A stretch of DNA of 64,000 nt, from assembly GCA_947629945.1 (NCBI GenBank), contig CANRFR010000002.1, positions 519 to 64,518 of the forward strand. The letters run 5' to 3'. The translations under genes and the position numbers were made by a program. Shown here piece after piece: positions 9,184 through 19,605 of the stretch. Under the pieces are notes generated by a model. It was not told the origin of the DNA. It was given only the letters and a program-made list of their open reading frames with translations, and ran no database searches. This DNA is from an uncultured Clostridia bacterium. GTDB taxonomy: Bacteria > Bacillota > Clostridia > Oscillospirales > Ruminococcaceae. The number at the start of each line of letters is the position of its first letter. Position 1 is the stretch's first letter.

Positions 9184-10458
9184 TCATACTCTTTTAATAT
9201 CAGCGCCTATCGAACGCAGCAAGCTTTCAATGCTCTCGTAACCCCTGTCGATGTATTGCAGACCGCTTATCTCGCTTGTACCTTCGGCGGCAAGCGCCGC
9301 GATTACAAGCGCCGCGCCGCCGCGAAGCTCCGCCGCGCGGACTTTCGCGCCAGAAAGCTGTTTTACGCCCTGCACAACGCAGACCCTGCCCTCGGTTTTA
9401 ATAGAAGCGCCAAGACGCACCAGTTCGGGAACGTGCCTGAACCTATTTTCGAAAATAGTCTCCACAAAAACACTCGTACCCTCTGCCGTGGTGCAAAGCG
9501 CAGTGAACGGCGCTTGAATGTCAGTCGGAAACCCGGGGTACGGCATAGTTCTGACGGTTGGAGGCGCCGTGCAGCTTTTATTGCCGCTTTTTCCGCTGAT
9601 ATATATTTTCCCGCCGCCGTAGGTGTATATACGCATTCCCATTGCTTCGAGCACCTGCAAAAAGCCCGTCATGTGCTCGGGACGGCAGTGCGTTAGTATC
9701 ATCTCACCGTGAGTGATCGCCGCCGCGCAAAGGTAAGTTCCCGCGGCGATCCTGTCGGGAATAACGCTGTGTTCACATGGCTCCAGACGCTCAACTCCGT
9801 CAACAGCGATAACGCTTTCACCCGCGCCGCGTATTCTAGCGCCGCATTTGTTCAGAAAATCGGCGAGATCGACTATTTCGGGTTCACGCGCGGCATTGTG
9901 TATCTCGGTCTCTCCCTTGGCGGTAACGGCGGCTAACAGAATGTTCTCGGTAGCGCCCACGCTTGGGAACGACAGCACTATCTTAGCGCCGTGCAGACCC
10001 TTTCCGACGGTACAGTCGAGATAACCGTGCTGCTCGGTTATCTCCGCGCCCATTTGACGAAGCGCCGAAAGATGGAGGTCGATGGGTCTGGCACCCAGTT
10101 CGCAGCCGCCCGGAAACGTCAGCTTACAGCGCCCCGTCCGCCCGAGCATTGCTCCCAAGAACACTATCGAGGAGCGCATTTCACGCATCAGATTATCCGG
10201 TATCTCACTGCCGAATACATTTGACGCGTCTACTGTTATGGTATCCCCGCTGCGGCGGCATTTACATCCGATATGCGTTAAAATTCTGCAAGCAACGTCC
10301 ACGTCGGTAAGCGCGGGACAGTTGTGCAAAACGGTCTCGCCGTGCGCGAGAACGGACGCCGACAGCAGCGGAAGCGCGCTGTTTTTCGCGCCGTGAACTC
10401 TCAGTTCTCCCTCCAGGTGTCTGCCGCCGTTTACAATAAGTTTTTGGCGATCGCTCAT
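9184..10458 (-). CDS. murA: UDP-N-acetylglucosamine 1-carboxyvinyltransferase
   Basis: GAKNSALP, PGGCELGARPIDLH (catalytic Cys), PYPGFPTD, FENRF. Confidence 0.96.
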   Translation of the reverse strand: MSDRQKLIVNGGRHLEGELRVHGAKNSALPLLSASVLAHGETVLHNCPALTDVDVACRILTHIGCKCRRSGDTITVDASNVFGSEIPDNLMREMRSSIVFLGAMLGRTGRCKLTFPGGCELGARPIDLHLSALRQMGAEITEQHGYLDCTVGKGLHGAKIVLSFPSVGATENILLAAVTAKGETEIHNAAREPEIVDLADFLNKCGARIRGAGESVIAVDGVERLEPCEHSVIPDRIAAGTYLCAAAITHGEMILTHCRPEHMTGFLQVLEAMGMRIYTYGGGKIYISGKSGNKSCTAPPTVRTMPYPGFPTDIQAPFTALCTTAEGTSVFVETIFENRFRHVPELVRLGASIKTEGRVCVVQGVKQLSGAKVRAAELRGGAALVIAALAAEGTSEISGLQYIDRGYESIESLLRSIGADIKRV

Positions 10459-10587
10459 ATCATCACCCTTTCAACAATGATACTGCATAATATGTTGAAT
10501 CGGGCAAAATGTGATTACGGTTTACGATAAACGCGTATTTCTTGCTGAATTTATATTGATTTCCGCGTTACACAAATGTTTAGTCGA

Positions 10588-11721
10588 CTATTTAAAACTA
10601 TCCTCGCCGCAAAGCTCCACGATTTCTTTAAGAATAATATCGGCGGCGTTAGCCTTACGCATTTTGCCGGCGTTTTCCTCCATAAGCCGCAAGCGACCTC
10701 TGTCCGCGTAGAGCTTTGACACCTCGTCCACCAGCTTCGCCTTGGTGAGATTTTTGTCCTCGATTAGTACGGCGGCATTTTCGTTGACCAAAGTCATCGC
10801 GTTGTAGTATTGATGATTTTCGGCGGCAGCGGGATACGGCACAAGCACCGACGGTCTGCCTATCTCGGTAAGCTCCGTTATCGTCATAGCTCCCGCGCGG
10901 GAGATGATAAGATCCGCCGCGCACATACAGGTATACATATTATCGATATACTCCTTAAAGATCAAGTGACGCTTGTCCTCGCGAACATTCGCCTCCTTTA
11001 AGGCGCTGAGAAACAGATCCTTGTTTTTGCCGCCGTAAGCGTGAATGTGATTTATCTCGCCCGTTTTTTGTTCCCACGCGATAAGCTCGGCGACGGCGGA
11101 CGTAATTTTGTTCGCGCCCAGACTTCCGCCGAACGAAAGCACAGTAAAGCAGTCCGGAATACCCAGCCGCTTCCGTGCCGCCGACCTCTCTTCAATGGGA
11201 ATGTTCGTTCGCAGAGGATTGCCTGTAACAACGCACCGCGACTCGTCTTTAAGATATTTTTTTGCGTCCTCGGTCGCCAACAGCACCTTGTCTGCTTTAT
11301 CGGACAAAAGCTTAGTAGCCGCGCCCGGATAAGAGTTGCTTTCGTGAGTGACCGTCTTTATTCCCAACGCAACAGCTTGCCGCAGAACCGTTCCCGTGAC
11401 GTAGCCGCCCGTTCCGACAGCCAAATCGGGCTTGAACTCCTTGATGATCTTTCGAACGGCGAGTTTTGCGGAGACGAGATAGCAATACGCCGCCTTAACG
11501 TTTCTCAAAACAGACTTCGGCGAAAAGTCGCGCTGAAATCCCGACATCTCCACGCCCTTGAAATTATAGCCCGCTTTGGTCACCAAGCGGCTCTCCATAC
11601 CGTTGGGCGTTCCGATAAACAGTATTTCCGTTTCGGGGAATACCTGTTTCATTTTATCCGCGATGGCAAGCGCGGGATTTATATGCCCCGCCGTGCCGCC
11701 CGCCGCAAAAATCACCTTCAT
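10588..11721 (-). CDS. murG: Undecaprenyl-PP-MurNAc-pentapeptide GlcNAc transferase
   Basis: GGTAGHINPA, GTGGYVT, GNPLR, GGSLGA, SRAGA motifs. Confidence 0.96.
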   Translation of the reverse strand: MKVIFAAGGTAGHINPALAIADKMKQVFPETEILFIGTPNGMESRLVTKAGYNFKGVEMSGFQRDFSPKSVLRNVKAAYCYLVSAKLAVRKIIKEFKPDLAVGTGGYVTGTVLRQAVALGIKTVTHESNSYPGAATKLLSDKADKVLLATEDAKKYLKDESRCVVTGNPLRTNIPIEERSAARKRLGIPDCFTVLSFGGSLGANKITSAVAELIAWEQKTGEINHIHAYGGKNKDLFLSALKEANVREDKRHLIFKEYIDNMYTCMCAADLIISRAGAMTITELTEIGRPSVLVPYPAAAENHQYYNAMTLVNENAAVLIEDKNLTKAKLVDEVSKLYADRGRLRLMEENAGKMRKANAADIILKEIVELCGEDSFK

Positions 11722-11752
11722 TTTTACACCTCCGAATTTCAATCGACATTTG

Positions 11753-13195
11753 TCAATTAACTCTCGCCCGCTTGCTTATGGAAAGCAGCAGACCAATTTC
11801 CCAAAGCTGCAGCACCAGCGCCGTGCCTCCGTAGCTGAAAAACGGCAGCGACACGCCCGTATTTGGTATGCAGCAGAGATTTACCGCGATATTGAGCAGC
11901 GCCTGAACGCCGATTTGAAACGTTATTCCGGTTGCCATCAAACAGCCGAATTTGTCCTCGGCTTTTCGCGCGACATAAAGCCCGCGCATAATAAAAATTA
12001 TGAACAGTACAATAACGAAAACGCCGCCCACAAATCCGAACTCCTCAACAAGAATAGCGAAAACGAAGTCGTTTTGCGCCTCGGGAAGATAGTTGTACTT
12101 CTGACTGGAGTTTCCGAAGCCCTTGCCCCAAACGCCGCCCGAGCCTATTGCCAGCGCGGACTGAAAGTTTTGATAAGATTGGTCTCCCGGATCGGAAAGC
12201 GGATCCATATACTCAATGCGCTGCTGGAAGTAACCCACCTGCACCACGCTGACCACAAAGTAAACGATGAGCACAAAGCCTACAGCCAACGGCACCGCCT
12301 GCTTCATATTAACGCCGCCCACAAACAGCAGCACAGCGAAAATCATAAAGATGATGAGCAGACACGACAAATGCTTCTGCACAACGACCGACGCAGCCAC
12401 GGGTACCATTATCAGCAAAGGCTTTAAAATACCGTATTTGAATGTACGCATTTTGTCGGAATGTTTGTGAATATAATACGCCATAAAAATTATGAGCGCT
12501 ACTTTAAGGAAGTCCGACGGCTGAAACTGTCCCATAATGGGAATTTGCAGCCATCGCTTCTGTCCGCCGACAGCTTCGATACCGACAAAATAACACATCG
12601 CGTTCATGATAATGCATATCACGAGGAAAATATGCGCCGCCGTGATATGCAAATGCTTCGATTCAAACCTCAAAAAGCGGTAATCAAAAAGCGTCAAGCA
12701 AGTCATTCCCACAAGTCCTATAACGGCGGCGGTCATTTGACGCGTTACATACCCGTAGCTGTCGCCTTGGTTGTCAATGTAAGAATACGCGGGGCTTGCA
12801 GAAAACATCATCGTAATGCCGATCGCCAAAAGCACAAGCGTTATTATCAGCATAGGGATATCCACTCTGCCCTCAAAGCTGAAAAAGCGGATACGGTTGG
12901 GGTCTTTTTCTTTTTTCTTCTTGCGTTTCAGCTTGTCGGACGGGTCTTTGGGAACTTTGCGCGGCTTGACCGCTGCGCTTGAGCCGACAGAGGTTCTCAT
13001 CCGAGCTTCGGCGCGCGGATCCGCCGCGGAACGCCGAGCTTTCACGCGGGCGGCGTTCGCATTTTGTACGTTTTTCACTGCGGAACGCGGACGCTGCGTC
13101 TGCGGCGCGGGACGCGTTCTTCCGTTTGAACGCGGCGCGGACGCTCTCGGCGGAGCCTGTCTTCCCCTTTCCGAAACATTTCTTGATTGCTGCAT
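11753..13195 (-). CDS. ftsW: SEDS peptidoglycan polymerase FtsW/SpoVE
   Basis: GQKRWLQI..FQPSDFLK, LPEAQNDFVFAILVEEFG, LPFFSYGG; about 95 aa basic N-terminal extension. Confidence 0.92.
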   Translation of the reverse strand: MQQSRNVSERGRQAPPRASAPRSNGRTRPAPQTQRPRSAVKNVQNANAARVKARRSAADPRAEARMRTSVGSSAAVKPRKVPKDPSDKLKRKKKKEKDPNRIRFFSFEGRVDIPMLIITLVLLAIGITMMFSASPAYSYIDNQGDSYGYVTRQMTAAVIGLVGMTCLTLFDYRFLRFESKHLHITAAHIFLVICIIMNAMCYFVGIEAVGGQKRWLQIPIMGQFQPSDFLKVALIIFMAYYIHKHSDKMRTFKYGILKPLLIMVPVAASVVVQKHLSCLLIIFMIFAVLLFVGGVNMKQAVPLAVGFVLIVYFVVSVVQVGYFQQRIEYMDPLSDPGDQSYQNFQSALAIGSGGVWGKGFGNSSQKYNYLPEAQNDFVFAILVEEFGFVGGVFVIVLFIIFIMRGLYVARKAEDKFGCLMATGITFQIGVQALLNIAVNLCCIPNTGVSLPFFSYGGTALVLQLWEIGLLLSISKRARVN

Positions 13196-13210
13196 TTTAT
13201 CCCCCCAAAA

Positions 13211-13259
13211 CAGTTGACAGTTGACAGTTATTGGCAATTATACCGAAAGCTGTACACTG
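13211..13259. repeat. Heptamer-repeat element (cagttga x2, cagttat ... tacactg) between mraY and ftsW
   Basis: Directly visible; abuts the GGGGGG RBS of ftsW. Confidence 0.8.
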
Positions 13260-14306
13260 CTATTTACCGAACATACTAAACGCGAGAAGAACGGCAAGCC
13301 CGCCAAACAGCAAGCCGACAAACGAGAACACGCCGTCTATTTTAAGCTCGCTCCAGTTTGACAGCTCAAAATGGTGGTGAATGGGCGTCATCTTGAAAAG
13401 GCGCTTGCCCTCTTTGGTGTGATGTATCTTGCGGGTGATTTTAAAGACAGTCGATTGAATAACCACTGACAACGCTTCAAGAACGTACACTATCCCCGCG
13501 ATGACCATTAGAAATTCCGCGTTGCAGCCCAATCCCAGAGCGCAGACCAATCCCCCGAGGAACATCGAACCCGTATCTCCCATAAAGACCTTTGCGGGAG
13601 GAGCGTTCCACGTAAGAAAACCGATACAGCCGCCCGCCGCGCAATACGCCAGAAGCTGCTGTCCGAACATTCCGAGCACCGCCGTTATCACCGAAAACGC
13701 TATCATATAAACGGTGGTAACGCAGCTGCAAAGCCCGTCAATGCCGTCCGTAAGATTTACGGCGTTCACCACATAAATTATCAGCAGTCCCACAAGCGGG
13801 TAGTAAAACAGCCCCAAATCCCATTGCAGACCGCCCGGAAAGGATATTACCGTGCGCGAAAGACCGTTTATATACATAGTCGCGAAATACGCTGCGATAA
13901 TCATTACCTGAAAAATTATCTTCTGTATCCAAGTAAGACCCTCGTTGTGCTTTTTCTTCACCTTGATAAAGTCGTCCAGAAAGCCCATAAGTCCGAAAAG
14001 CAGCGCCATAACCATTCCCGACACCGCGCGGATAAACTCGGGCTTGTCGGTATCGACATAATTCGCGCCGTTTTTCGCGAAAACCATCATTCCTATGGTA
14101 AAGCACACCGTCACCCCGATAATAAACGAAATGCCGCCCATTGTCGCCGTGCCCTCTTTTTTCGCCTTATGCCACTTAGGACCTATATCGAGTATTGTTT
14201 GCCCGTATTTCAGCTTATGCAGCAGCGGGATAAGCCAGAAGCCTCCAAGCCACGTCAGCGCGAAAGAACCGAGCGCCGCTCCCACAAAAATCCAAGTCTC
14301 GTTCAT
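13260..14306 (-). CDS. mraY: Phospho-N-acetylmuramoyl-pentapeptide transferase
   Basis: GTATMGG, GFLDDFIK, NAVNLTDGIDGL, FMGDTGS, PIHHHFE. Confidence 0.97.
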   Translation of the reverse strand: MNETWIFVGAALGSFALTWLGGFWLIPLLHKLKYGQTILDIGPKWHKAKKEGTATMGGISFIIGVTVCFTIGMMVFAKNGANYVDTDKPEFIRAVSGMVMALLFGLMGFLDDFIKVKKKHNEGLTWIQKIIFQVMIIAAYFATMYINGLSRTVISFPGGLQWDLGLFYYPLVGLLIIYVVNAVNLTDGIDGLCSCVTTVYMIAFSVITAVLGMFGQQLLAYCAAGGCIGFLTWNAPPAKVFMGDTGSMFLGGLVCALGLGCNAEFLMVIAGIVYVLEALSVVIQSTVFKITRKIHHTKEGKRLFKMTPIHHHFELSNWSELKIDGVFSFVGLLFGGLAVLLAFSMFGK

Positions 14307-15658
14307 AAATTCTCACCTATTTTTTCCACAATTTCTTCCATTTTCATACCGCGGCTGCCTTTGAAGAGTATCACGTCGCCGCTTTTTATCTCTTTAAGCA
14401 ATTCTTCCGAAAGCTTTTCTTTATCCGCGCTTTGAGTTACGCGAACGCCCTTTTTGCTGAGTTCGTCGCGCAGCGCCGTCATTTCCTCTCCGTAAAGGAA
14501 AAATTCATCGGCAAGTCCCGAAAACTCCGCAAGCCCCGCGTGAAGCTCCCGCGACTTTTCCCCAAGCTCCAGCATATCGCCCAGCACCGCGATTTTCCGT
14601 CCGTTCATCGTTGATAAAACGTTCAGCGCGGACTTCATCGACGTGGGCGAAGCGTTGTAGCAGTCAAGAATTACGGTAACATCGCCGCGCTTTTCGATTT
14701 TCTGCCGCATACCCGAAGCCCGATAGCTCATAAACGCGGAAATTATCTCGTGAACGCTCATTCCAAACTCAATGCCGACCGCGAACGCCGCCAAAGCGTT
14801 CAGTATATGGTGCTCACCCACAACCGGCACCCGAGCCGCGTACTTGCCGCCGCGATAATTCAGCGTGAAGCGTTCGCCGCCGTCTATATGCTCAATATTG
14901 GACGCGTAAACATCGTTTTCCGCGTTAAATCCGTACTTCACAAGCCTGTGTGCGCCAATGTTCTCCATATTCAGACCGCTCAAATATTCGTCGTCGCCGC
15001 AGACGATAAGCGGAGCGTTTTCGCTGTCCATACCGTCAAGTATCTCCAGCTTAGCCTTAAGAATATTCTCGCGGGTCTTAAGGTTTTCGATATGACACCA
15101 GCCTATGTTGGTAATAACGGCGCAGTCGGGGTGAGACGCCTTTGACAGCACCGATATCTCGCCGAGACCGCTCATTCCCATTTCAATGACTGCCGCGCCG
15201 TATTCCTCGTCCAGACGAAACAGCGTTCGCGGAAGCCCGATATCGTTGTTGAAATTACCCTCGGTTTTCAGCGTTCTGTATTTAGCCGCCAGCACCGCGT
15301 ATATCATATCCTTTGTCGAGGTTTTTCCCACAGAGCCTGTCACCCCGCACAGCTTAACGGAGAATTTGTCGCGGTAATGCCGCGCGAGCGCGAGCTGCGC
15401 CGTTCTTGCGTCCTCAACGTAAATTATCGGGATATCCGCGCGGACGCTGCCCGGCAAACGGTCGGAGATCGCCGCGGCTGCGCCGTTCTGCGCCGCCTGC
15501 CCGATATAGTCGTTGCCGTCGAAGCGCTCGCCGTTTATCGCGATAAACAACGCGTCCTTTTCGATCGTGCGCGTATCCGTGGAAACGGAAGTCACCACCG
15601 CGTCGCCGTTATAAAGTTTCCCGCCCGTAACATTTTCGATCTCTTTTGCCGTAAACAT
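14303..15658 (-). CDS. murF: UDP-MurNAc-tripeptide D-Ala-D-Ala ligase
   Basis: GVTGSVGKTSTK, NNDIGLP, IEMGM, DCYNASP, LGDMLELG, KGSRG. Confidence 0.96.
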   Translation of the reverse strand: MFTAKEIENVTGGKLYNGDAVVTSVSTDTRTIEKDALFIAINGERFDGNDYIGQAAQNGAAAAISDRLPGSVRADIPIIYVEDARTAQLALARHYRDKFSVKLCGVTGSVGKTSTKDMIYAVLAAKYRTLKTEGNFNNDIGLPRTLFRLDEEYGAAVIEMGMSGLGEISVLSKASHPDCAVITNIGWCHIENLKTRENILKAKLEILDGMDSENAPLIVCGDDEYLSGLNMENIGAHRLVKYGFNAENDVYASNIEHIDGGERFTLNYRGGKYAARVPVVGEHHILNALAAFAVGIEFGMSVHEIISAFMSYRASGMRQKIEKRGDVTVILDCYNASPTSMKSALNVLSTMNGRKIAVLGDMLELGEKSRELHAGLAEFSGLADEFFLYGEEMTALRDELSKKGVRVTQSADKEKLSEELLKEIKSGDVILFKGSRGMKMEEIVEKIGENL

Positions 15659-15661
15659 AAC

Positions 15662-17116
15662 TCATTTCGCTTCCTTAAAGTATTCCTCAACTATCTCCTT
15701 TTCGTCAAAGTGATAGTAGGTGTCGCCGATTGCCTGATAGTCCTCGTGACCCTTGCCGCAAAGCGCCACAACGTCGCCCTTACGCGCAAGCTCCAGCGCC
15801 CTGAGCACCGCCGCTTTTCTGTCGATAAACTCCTCATGCGGCATACTTTCGGGAATGCCCCGCGCAACGTCGTCGATAGTCCGCTGAGGATCTTCGTGGC
15901 GCGGACTGTCGGTCGTCACAATCATCAGATCGGAGTATTTCGCCGCCGCCCTGCCCATATCGGGGCGCTTGCCCGCGTCGCGCTCTCCCGCCGCGCCGAA
16001 CACCGTGATAAGCCGCCCCTCTGTCAAGGGCTTCAGCGTTCCGAGCAGCTTTTCCAAGCCGTCGTCGGTGTGGGCGTAATCGCGTATCACCGTGAAATCG
16101 CCTTGATACAGCGTTTCCAGCCGCCCCGCAACGCCCTTTATTTTTTGCAGAGCGTTCAATGCCTCGTCAAGCGGAACGCCCGTCAAGTGTACGGTCACAG
16201 CCGCTTCGACGGCGTTCGCGACGTTATATTTGCCCGTCAGCGCGAACCGCACGGGATAGCTTTTCCGCGCCGCCCTGTCCGTCAAGATAAACTCCGAGCC
16301 GCGCGGAGTGAGTTTCACAAATTCCGTGTAGAAATCCGCTTCGCCATCTATTGAAACCGTCTTTAGCGGAACGCCTTTTTCCCGGCAATAGTCAGCAATT
16401 TTCCGTCCGTATTCGTCGTCGACATTAACGACCGCATTCTCGCACATATCGAACAGCCGCCGCTTAGCCGCGAAATAATTTTCCATGGTCTTGTGGTAGT
16501 CCAGGTGGTCGCGCGTAAGATTTGTAAACGTGCCGACTTTAAAGCTCTCCGCCGCAAAACGGTACTGCGCCAGCGCCTGTGAACTTGCCTCTATAAAGCA
16601 GTATTCGGTTTTCTCATCGCGCATTTGCGCGAAAAGCTGATAAAGCTTTCGCGGCTCGGGTGTGGTCGGCGGACCGTTGTGCGAATAATGAAGTCCGCTG
16701 CCCGTATCCGTACCCAGCGTTCCGATAACGCCCGTTCTGTAACCCAGTTCACGAGTTATTTCCGCGCAAATATTCGCTATCGTGGTTTTGCCGTTGGTGC
16801 CCGTGACCGCGCATAGCTTAAAACTCCGCGTTGGTCGTCCGTAATAAGCCGACAGCAGTTCGGGATAGACCGCCCGCGAATTCGGAACGTTTATCTCGTT
16901 TTGCAAACCGAGACGCTCGGCAGTCACCACAGCCGCCGCGCCTTTTTTTAACATCTCGGCGGCTTTCGAGTGCCCGTCAAAGCGTTCGCCCTTGATACAT
17001 ACGAACACAAAGCCGCTCTCGACCTCGCGCGTGTCGGAGGTCACTCCGGAGACCGCAATATTGCTAAGTTCGGCGGGAATTTCGCAAATTCCCTTAAAAA
17101 GTTCTCCTATGTTCAC
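15662..17116 (-). CDS. murE: UDP-MurNAc-dipeptide diaminopimelate ligase
   Basis: VTGTNGKTT, EASSQAL, FTNLTRDHLDYH, DYAHT, DSPR, GKGHE. Confidence 0.96.
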   Translation of the reverse strand: MNIGELFKGICEIPAELSNIAVSGVTSDTREVESGFVFVCIKGERFDGHSKAAEMLKKGAAAVVTAERLGLQNEINVPNSRAVYPELLSAYYGRPTRSFKLCAVTGTNGKTTIANICAEITRELGYRTGVIGTLGTDTGSGLHYSHNGPPTTPEPRKLYQLFAQMRDEKTEYCFIEASSQALAQYRFAAESFKVGTFTNLTRDHLDYHKTMENYFAAKRRLFDMCENAVVNVDDEYGRKIADYCREKGVPLKTVSIDGEADFYTEFVKLTPRGSEFILTDRAARKSYPVRFALTGKYNVANAVEAAVTVHLTGVPLDEALNALQKIKGVAGRLETLYQGDFTVIRDYAHTDDGLEKLLGTLKPLTEGRLITVFGAAGERDAGKRPDMGRAAAKYSDLMIVTTDSPRHEDPQRTIDDVARGIPESMPHEEFIDRKAAVLRALELARKGDVVALCGKGHEDYQAIGDTYYHFDEKEIVEEYFKEAK

Positions 17117-17158
17117 GAAATCCCCCCAATTATAGTAATTAAGAGCTGTAAACCGTTA

Positions 17159-19585
17159 TCAATCACCAAAGCTGCTGGCTTGGAACGTCACCTCAATGAC
17201 CGTGCCCAGCGGCTGAGACGAACCCGCCTCATAGCTTTGCGCCGTAGCTTTAGCGTCGGTGTTTGCCGCCGCTCCGCCCGTAAGCTTGATGTTAAAGCCC
17301 GCGTTAGTAATGGCTTCATTGGCTTCCGCGGCGCTCATACCCAGAACGTCCGGCACGGAGCCGTATTCCGTCTGGGCGTCGCCGAGATAGACCACGACTG
17401 TCGAGCCTTTCGGTATGCTTGCGCCCGACGGCGGATAAGTCGCTGATACGGTAGCTTCGCTGTTTGCGTCGCCCACGAACTTTGCCTTAAAGTTGTTCGC
17501 GGTAAGGTTGCTCTCTGCATACATAGACATATCGCCGATTACCCACGGCACAACCGCGTCCATCTTTGCCTGTTCCTCGGCAGTGTAAGTGGGGTAAAGT
17601 CCCAAATGCTCCAGACCCTCTTTAAATACCGCCGAGATAACGGGCGCGGCAACTGCCGAACCGTAGTATTCGGGACCTGTGGGCGTGTCGGCGAGAACCA
17701 GCATTACTATCTGCGGATCGTCCATGGGAACGACTGCCGCCATTGTTGATATGTACGTCATTTTAGTGCGTCCGGTCGCGTTATATTCGTCGATTTTCTC
17801 CGCTGTTCCCGTTTTGCCGCCGATGCGGTAACCCGCGATATACGCGTTGTGACCGCCGTTTTGAGCAACTATCGTTTCAAGGATATCCCTCATCTGCTTC
17901 GAGGTGTCCTCCGAAATAACCTGCCGCTTTATCTGCGTTTCTTTCGTTTCGATAACGTTGCCGTCGCTGTCGAGGACTTTGTCCACCAAATGAGGAGTTA
18001 CCAGATATCCGCCGTTTACGAGCGCACAGTACGCCGTGCACATCTGAATGGGGGTTATTTTGTTCGTCTGACCGAAAGCCGAAGTCGCAAGCTCGACGGG
18101 ACCCATTTTCGAGCGTTGAACGTATAAGCTCTGCGCTTCGCCCGGAAGATCTATTCCCGTAGGCTCGGTAAAGCCGAACGATTCAAAATAGTTAAAGAAT
18201 TTATCCACGCCGAGCGCCAATCCAACTTGAATAAAGTACGGGTTACAGGATTTTGTAATGCCCTCCTGTAAATTCAGCGATCCGTGACCGCCGAGACTCC
18301 AACAGTGGATATCCGTTCCCGCGACGTTGTAAACTCCCGCGCAGTCGAACGTGGTATCCATATTGATAACTTCCTCGTCCAAAGCCATCGCGGTAGTTAC
18401 CGATTTGAAAACCGAGCCGGGATAATAAAGTTCCGTCACCGCCTTGTTTTTCCATTGCCCCTCACGGAGAACAGCTTCTTCCGCCGCTATCTCGTCCTCG
18501 GATTTTCCTTCCTTCTCCATTTGCGCAAGCTTTTGTTTGTCAAGGTCGCTGTAAATCGTTGAAGGTTCGTTCAAGTCGTAAGAAGGGGAGGTAGCCATAG
18601 CAAGCACTCCGCCCGTCTTGCAGTTCATAATAATTCCGCACGCGCGGTTTATTACGGAGTGCTGCGAAATGCACTGTTCCAGGTTCTTTTCGAGATAATG
18701 CTGCAAAACCTCGTCCAGCGTCAGCACAAGACTGTAGCCGTCCACTGCCGAGAAATACTTGTCATTTTCGTATTCGACGAGCCGCCCCGTGCCGTCTTTT
18801 CTGTAAAACGCCTTACCGTCCGTGCCTTTAAGATAGTCGTCGTAATAGGCTTCAAGTCCGTAAACGCCCTCGCCCTTATAGTCCGTAAAGCCTATTACGT
18901 TCGACGCAAGCGAGCCGTTGGGATAATAACGTTTGCTGGACTGCTCGGTGTAAACGCAGTCGGAACTTATATAGTTTTTCGCCAAAAAGTCGTTTATCAT
19001 CGTGACCTGCGGCTTTTCGACCTTGCTTTTGACTATGTAGTAATTGTGAGCCTGATCGTTGTTGTAAGCGTCGCGCATTCCGTCGGGCGATATCTCGAGT
19101 ATCTCCGCCAGACCGTCTATAATGGTATCGCTGAGCGGCTTAAACGGCTCCATAGGCTCCTTGCTTGTGTCGCTGTTGTTTTCCCACTCTTCTTTGCGCC
19201 GATTGTAGTCCTTTTCCCAATCCTCGCTCTGCTTTTGGGTGGTGTTCTGCGCGAAGATAACGTTCCACACCGCCGAGCTTTGCGCCAGAACGGTGCCGTT
19301 CGCGTCGTAAATGGACCCTCGGTTCGCCATAATAACGTGCTGACCCGTCTGCTGAGTATTCGCGAGTTCGCGCCACTTATCGCCGTCAAGCACGGTGAAT
19401 TTCAGCAGATGATAGCCCACGAAAACCGAAAATCCGAGTATGCAGCACAAAACCAATATCTGTCTGCCGCGATATCCTATGATCGGCTTCTTCTCGGCTT
19501 CCTCAAGATCTTTTTTCTTTATCAACTCCCAAAGGCGTTTAAAAAAACCTTGGTCGTTTCTTTTGTTTGCGGAATTGTTTCCCAC
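17159..19585 (-). CDS. Class B penicillin-binding protein (FtsI/SpoVD family) with PASTA domains
   Basis: RGSIYDANG, PGSVFKS (SxxK), SCN, GGKTGT, two C-terminal PASTA-like repeats; GTG at 19585 after GGAGG. Confidence 0.93.
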   Translation of the reverse strand: MGNNSANKRNDQGFFKRLWELIKKKDLEEAEKKPIIGYRGRQILVLCCILGFSVFVGYHLLKFTVLDGDKWRELANTQQTGQHVIMANRGSIYDANGTVLAQSSAVWNVIFAQNTTQKQSEDWEKDYNRRKEEWENNSDTSKEPMEPFKPLSDTIIDGLAEILEISPDGMRDAYNNDQAHNYYIVKSKVEKPQVTMINDFLAKNYISSDCVYTEQSSKRYYPNGSLASNVIGFTDYKGEGVYGLEAYYDDYLKGTDGKAFYRKDGTGRLVEYENDKYFSAVDGYSLVLTLDEVLQHYLEKNLEQCISQHSVINRACGIIMNCKTGGVLAMATSPSYDLNEPSTIYSDLDKQKLAQMEKEGKSEDEIAAEEAVLREGQWKNKAVTELYYPGSVFKSVTTAMALDEEVINMDTTFDCAGVYNVAGTDIHCWSLGGHGSLNLQEGITKSCNPYFIQVGLALGVDKFFNYFESFGFTEPTGIDLPGEAQSLYVQRSKMGPVELATSAFGQTNKITPIQMCTAYCALVNGGYLVTPHLVDKVLDSDGNVIETKETQIKRQVISEDTSKQMRDILETIVAQNGGHNAYIAGYRIGGKTGTAEKIDEYNATGRTKMTYISTMAAVVPMDDPQIVMLVLADTPTGPEYYGSAVAAPVISAVFKEGLEHLGLYPTYTAEEQAKMDAVVPWVIGDMSMYAESNLTANNFKAKFVGDANSEATVSATYPPSGASIPKGSTVVVYLGDAQTEYGSVPDVLGMSAAEANEAITNAGFNIKLTGGAAANTDAKATAQSYEAGSSQPLGTVIEVTFQASSFGD

Positions 19586-19605
19586 TGCTTTGTTCCTCCA
19601 AAAAT

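Noticed and set aside
10466-10520. Sporulation-sigma-like CATATTAT motifs upstream of murA (also before the ylbJ operon and DHHW gene 2)
   Set aside because: -10-like motifs are present but matching -35 elements are ambiguous; cannot be called without TSS data.
15889-15915. MurE specificity motif DSPR instead of DNPR
   Set aside because: The Arg that recognises meso-DAP is retained; weak evidence for altered stem peptide.
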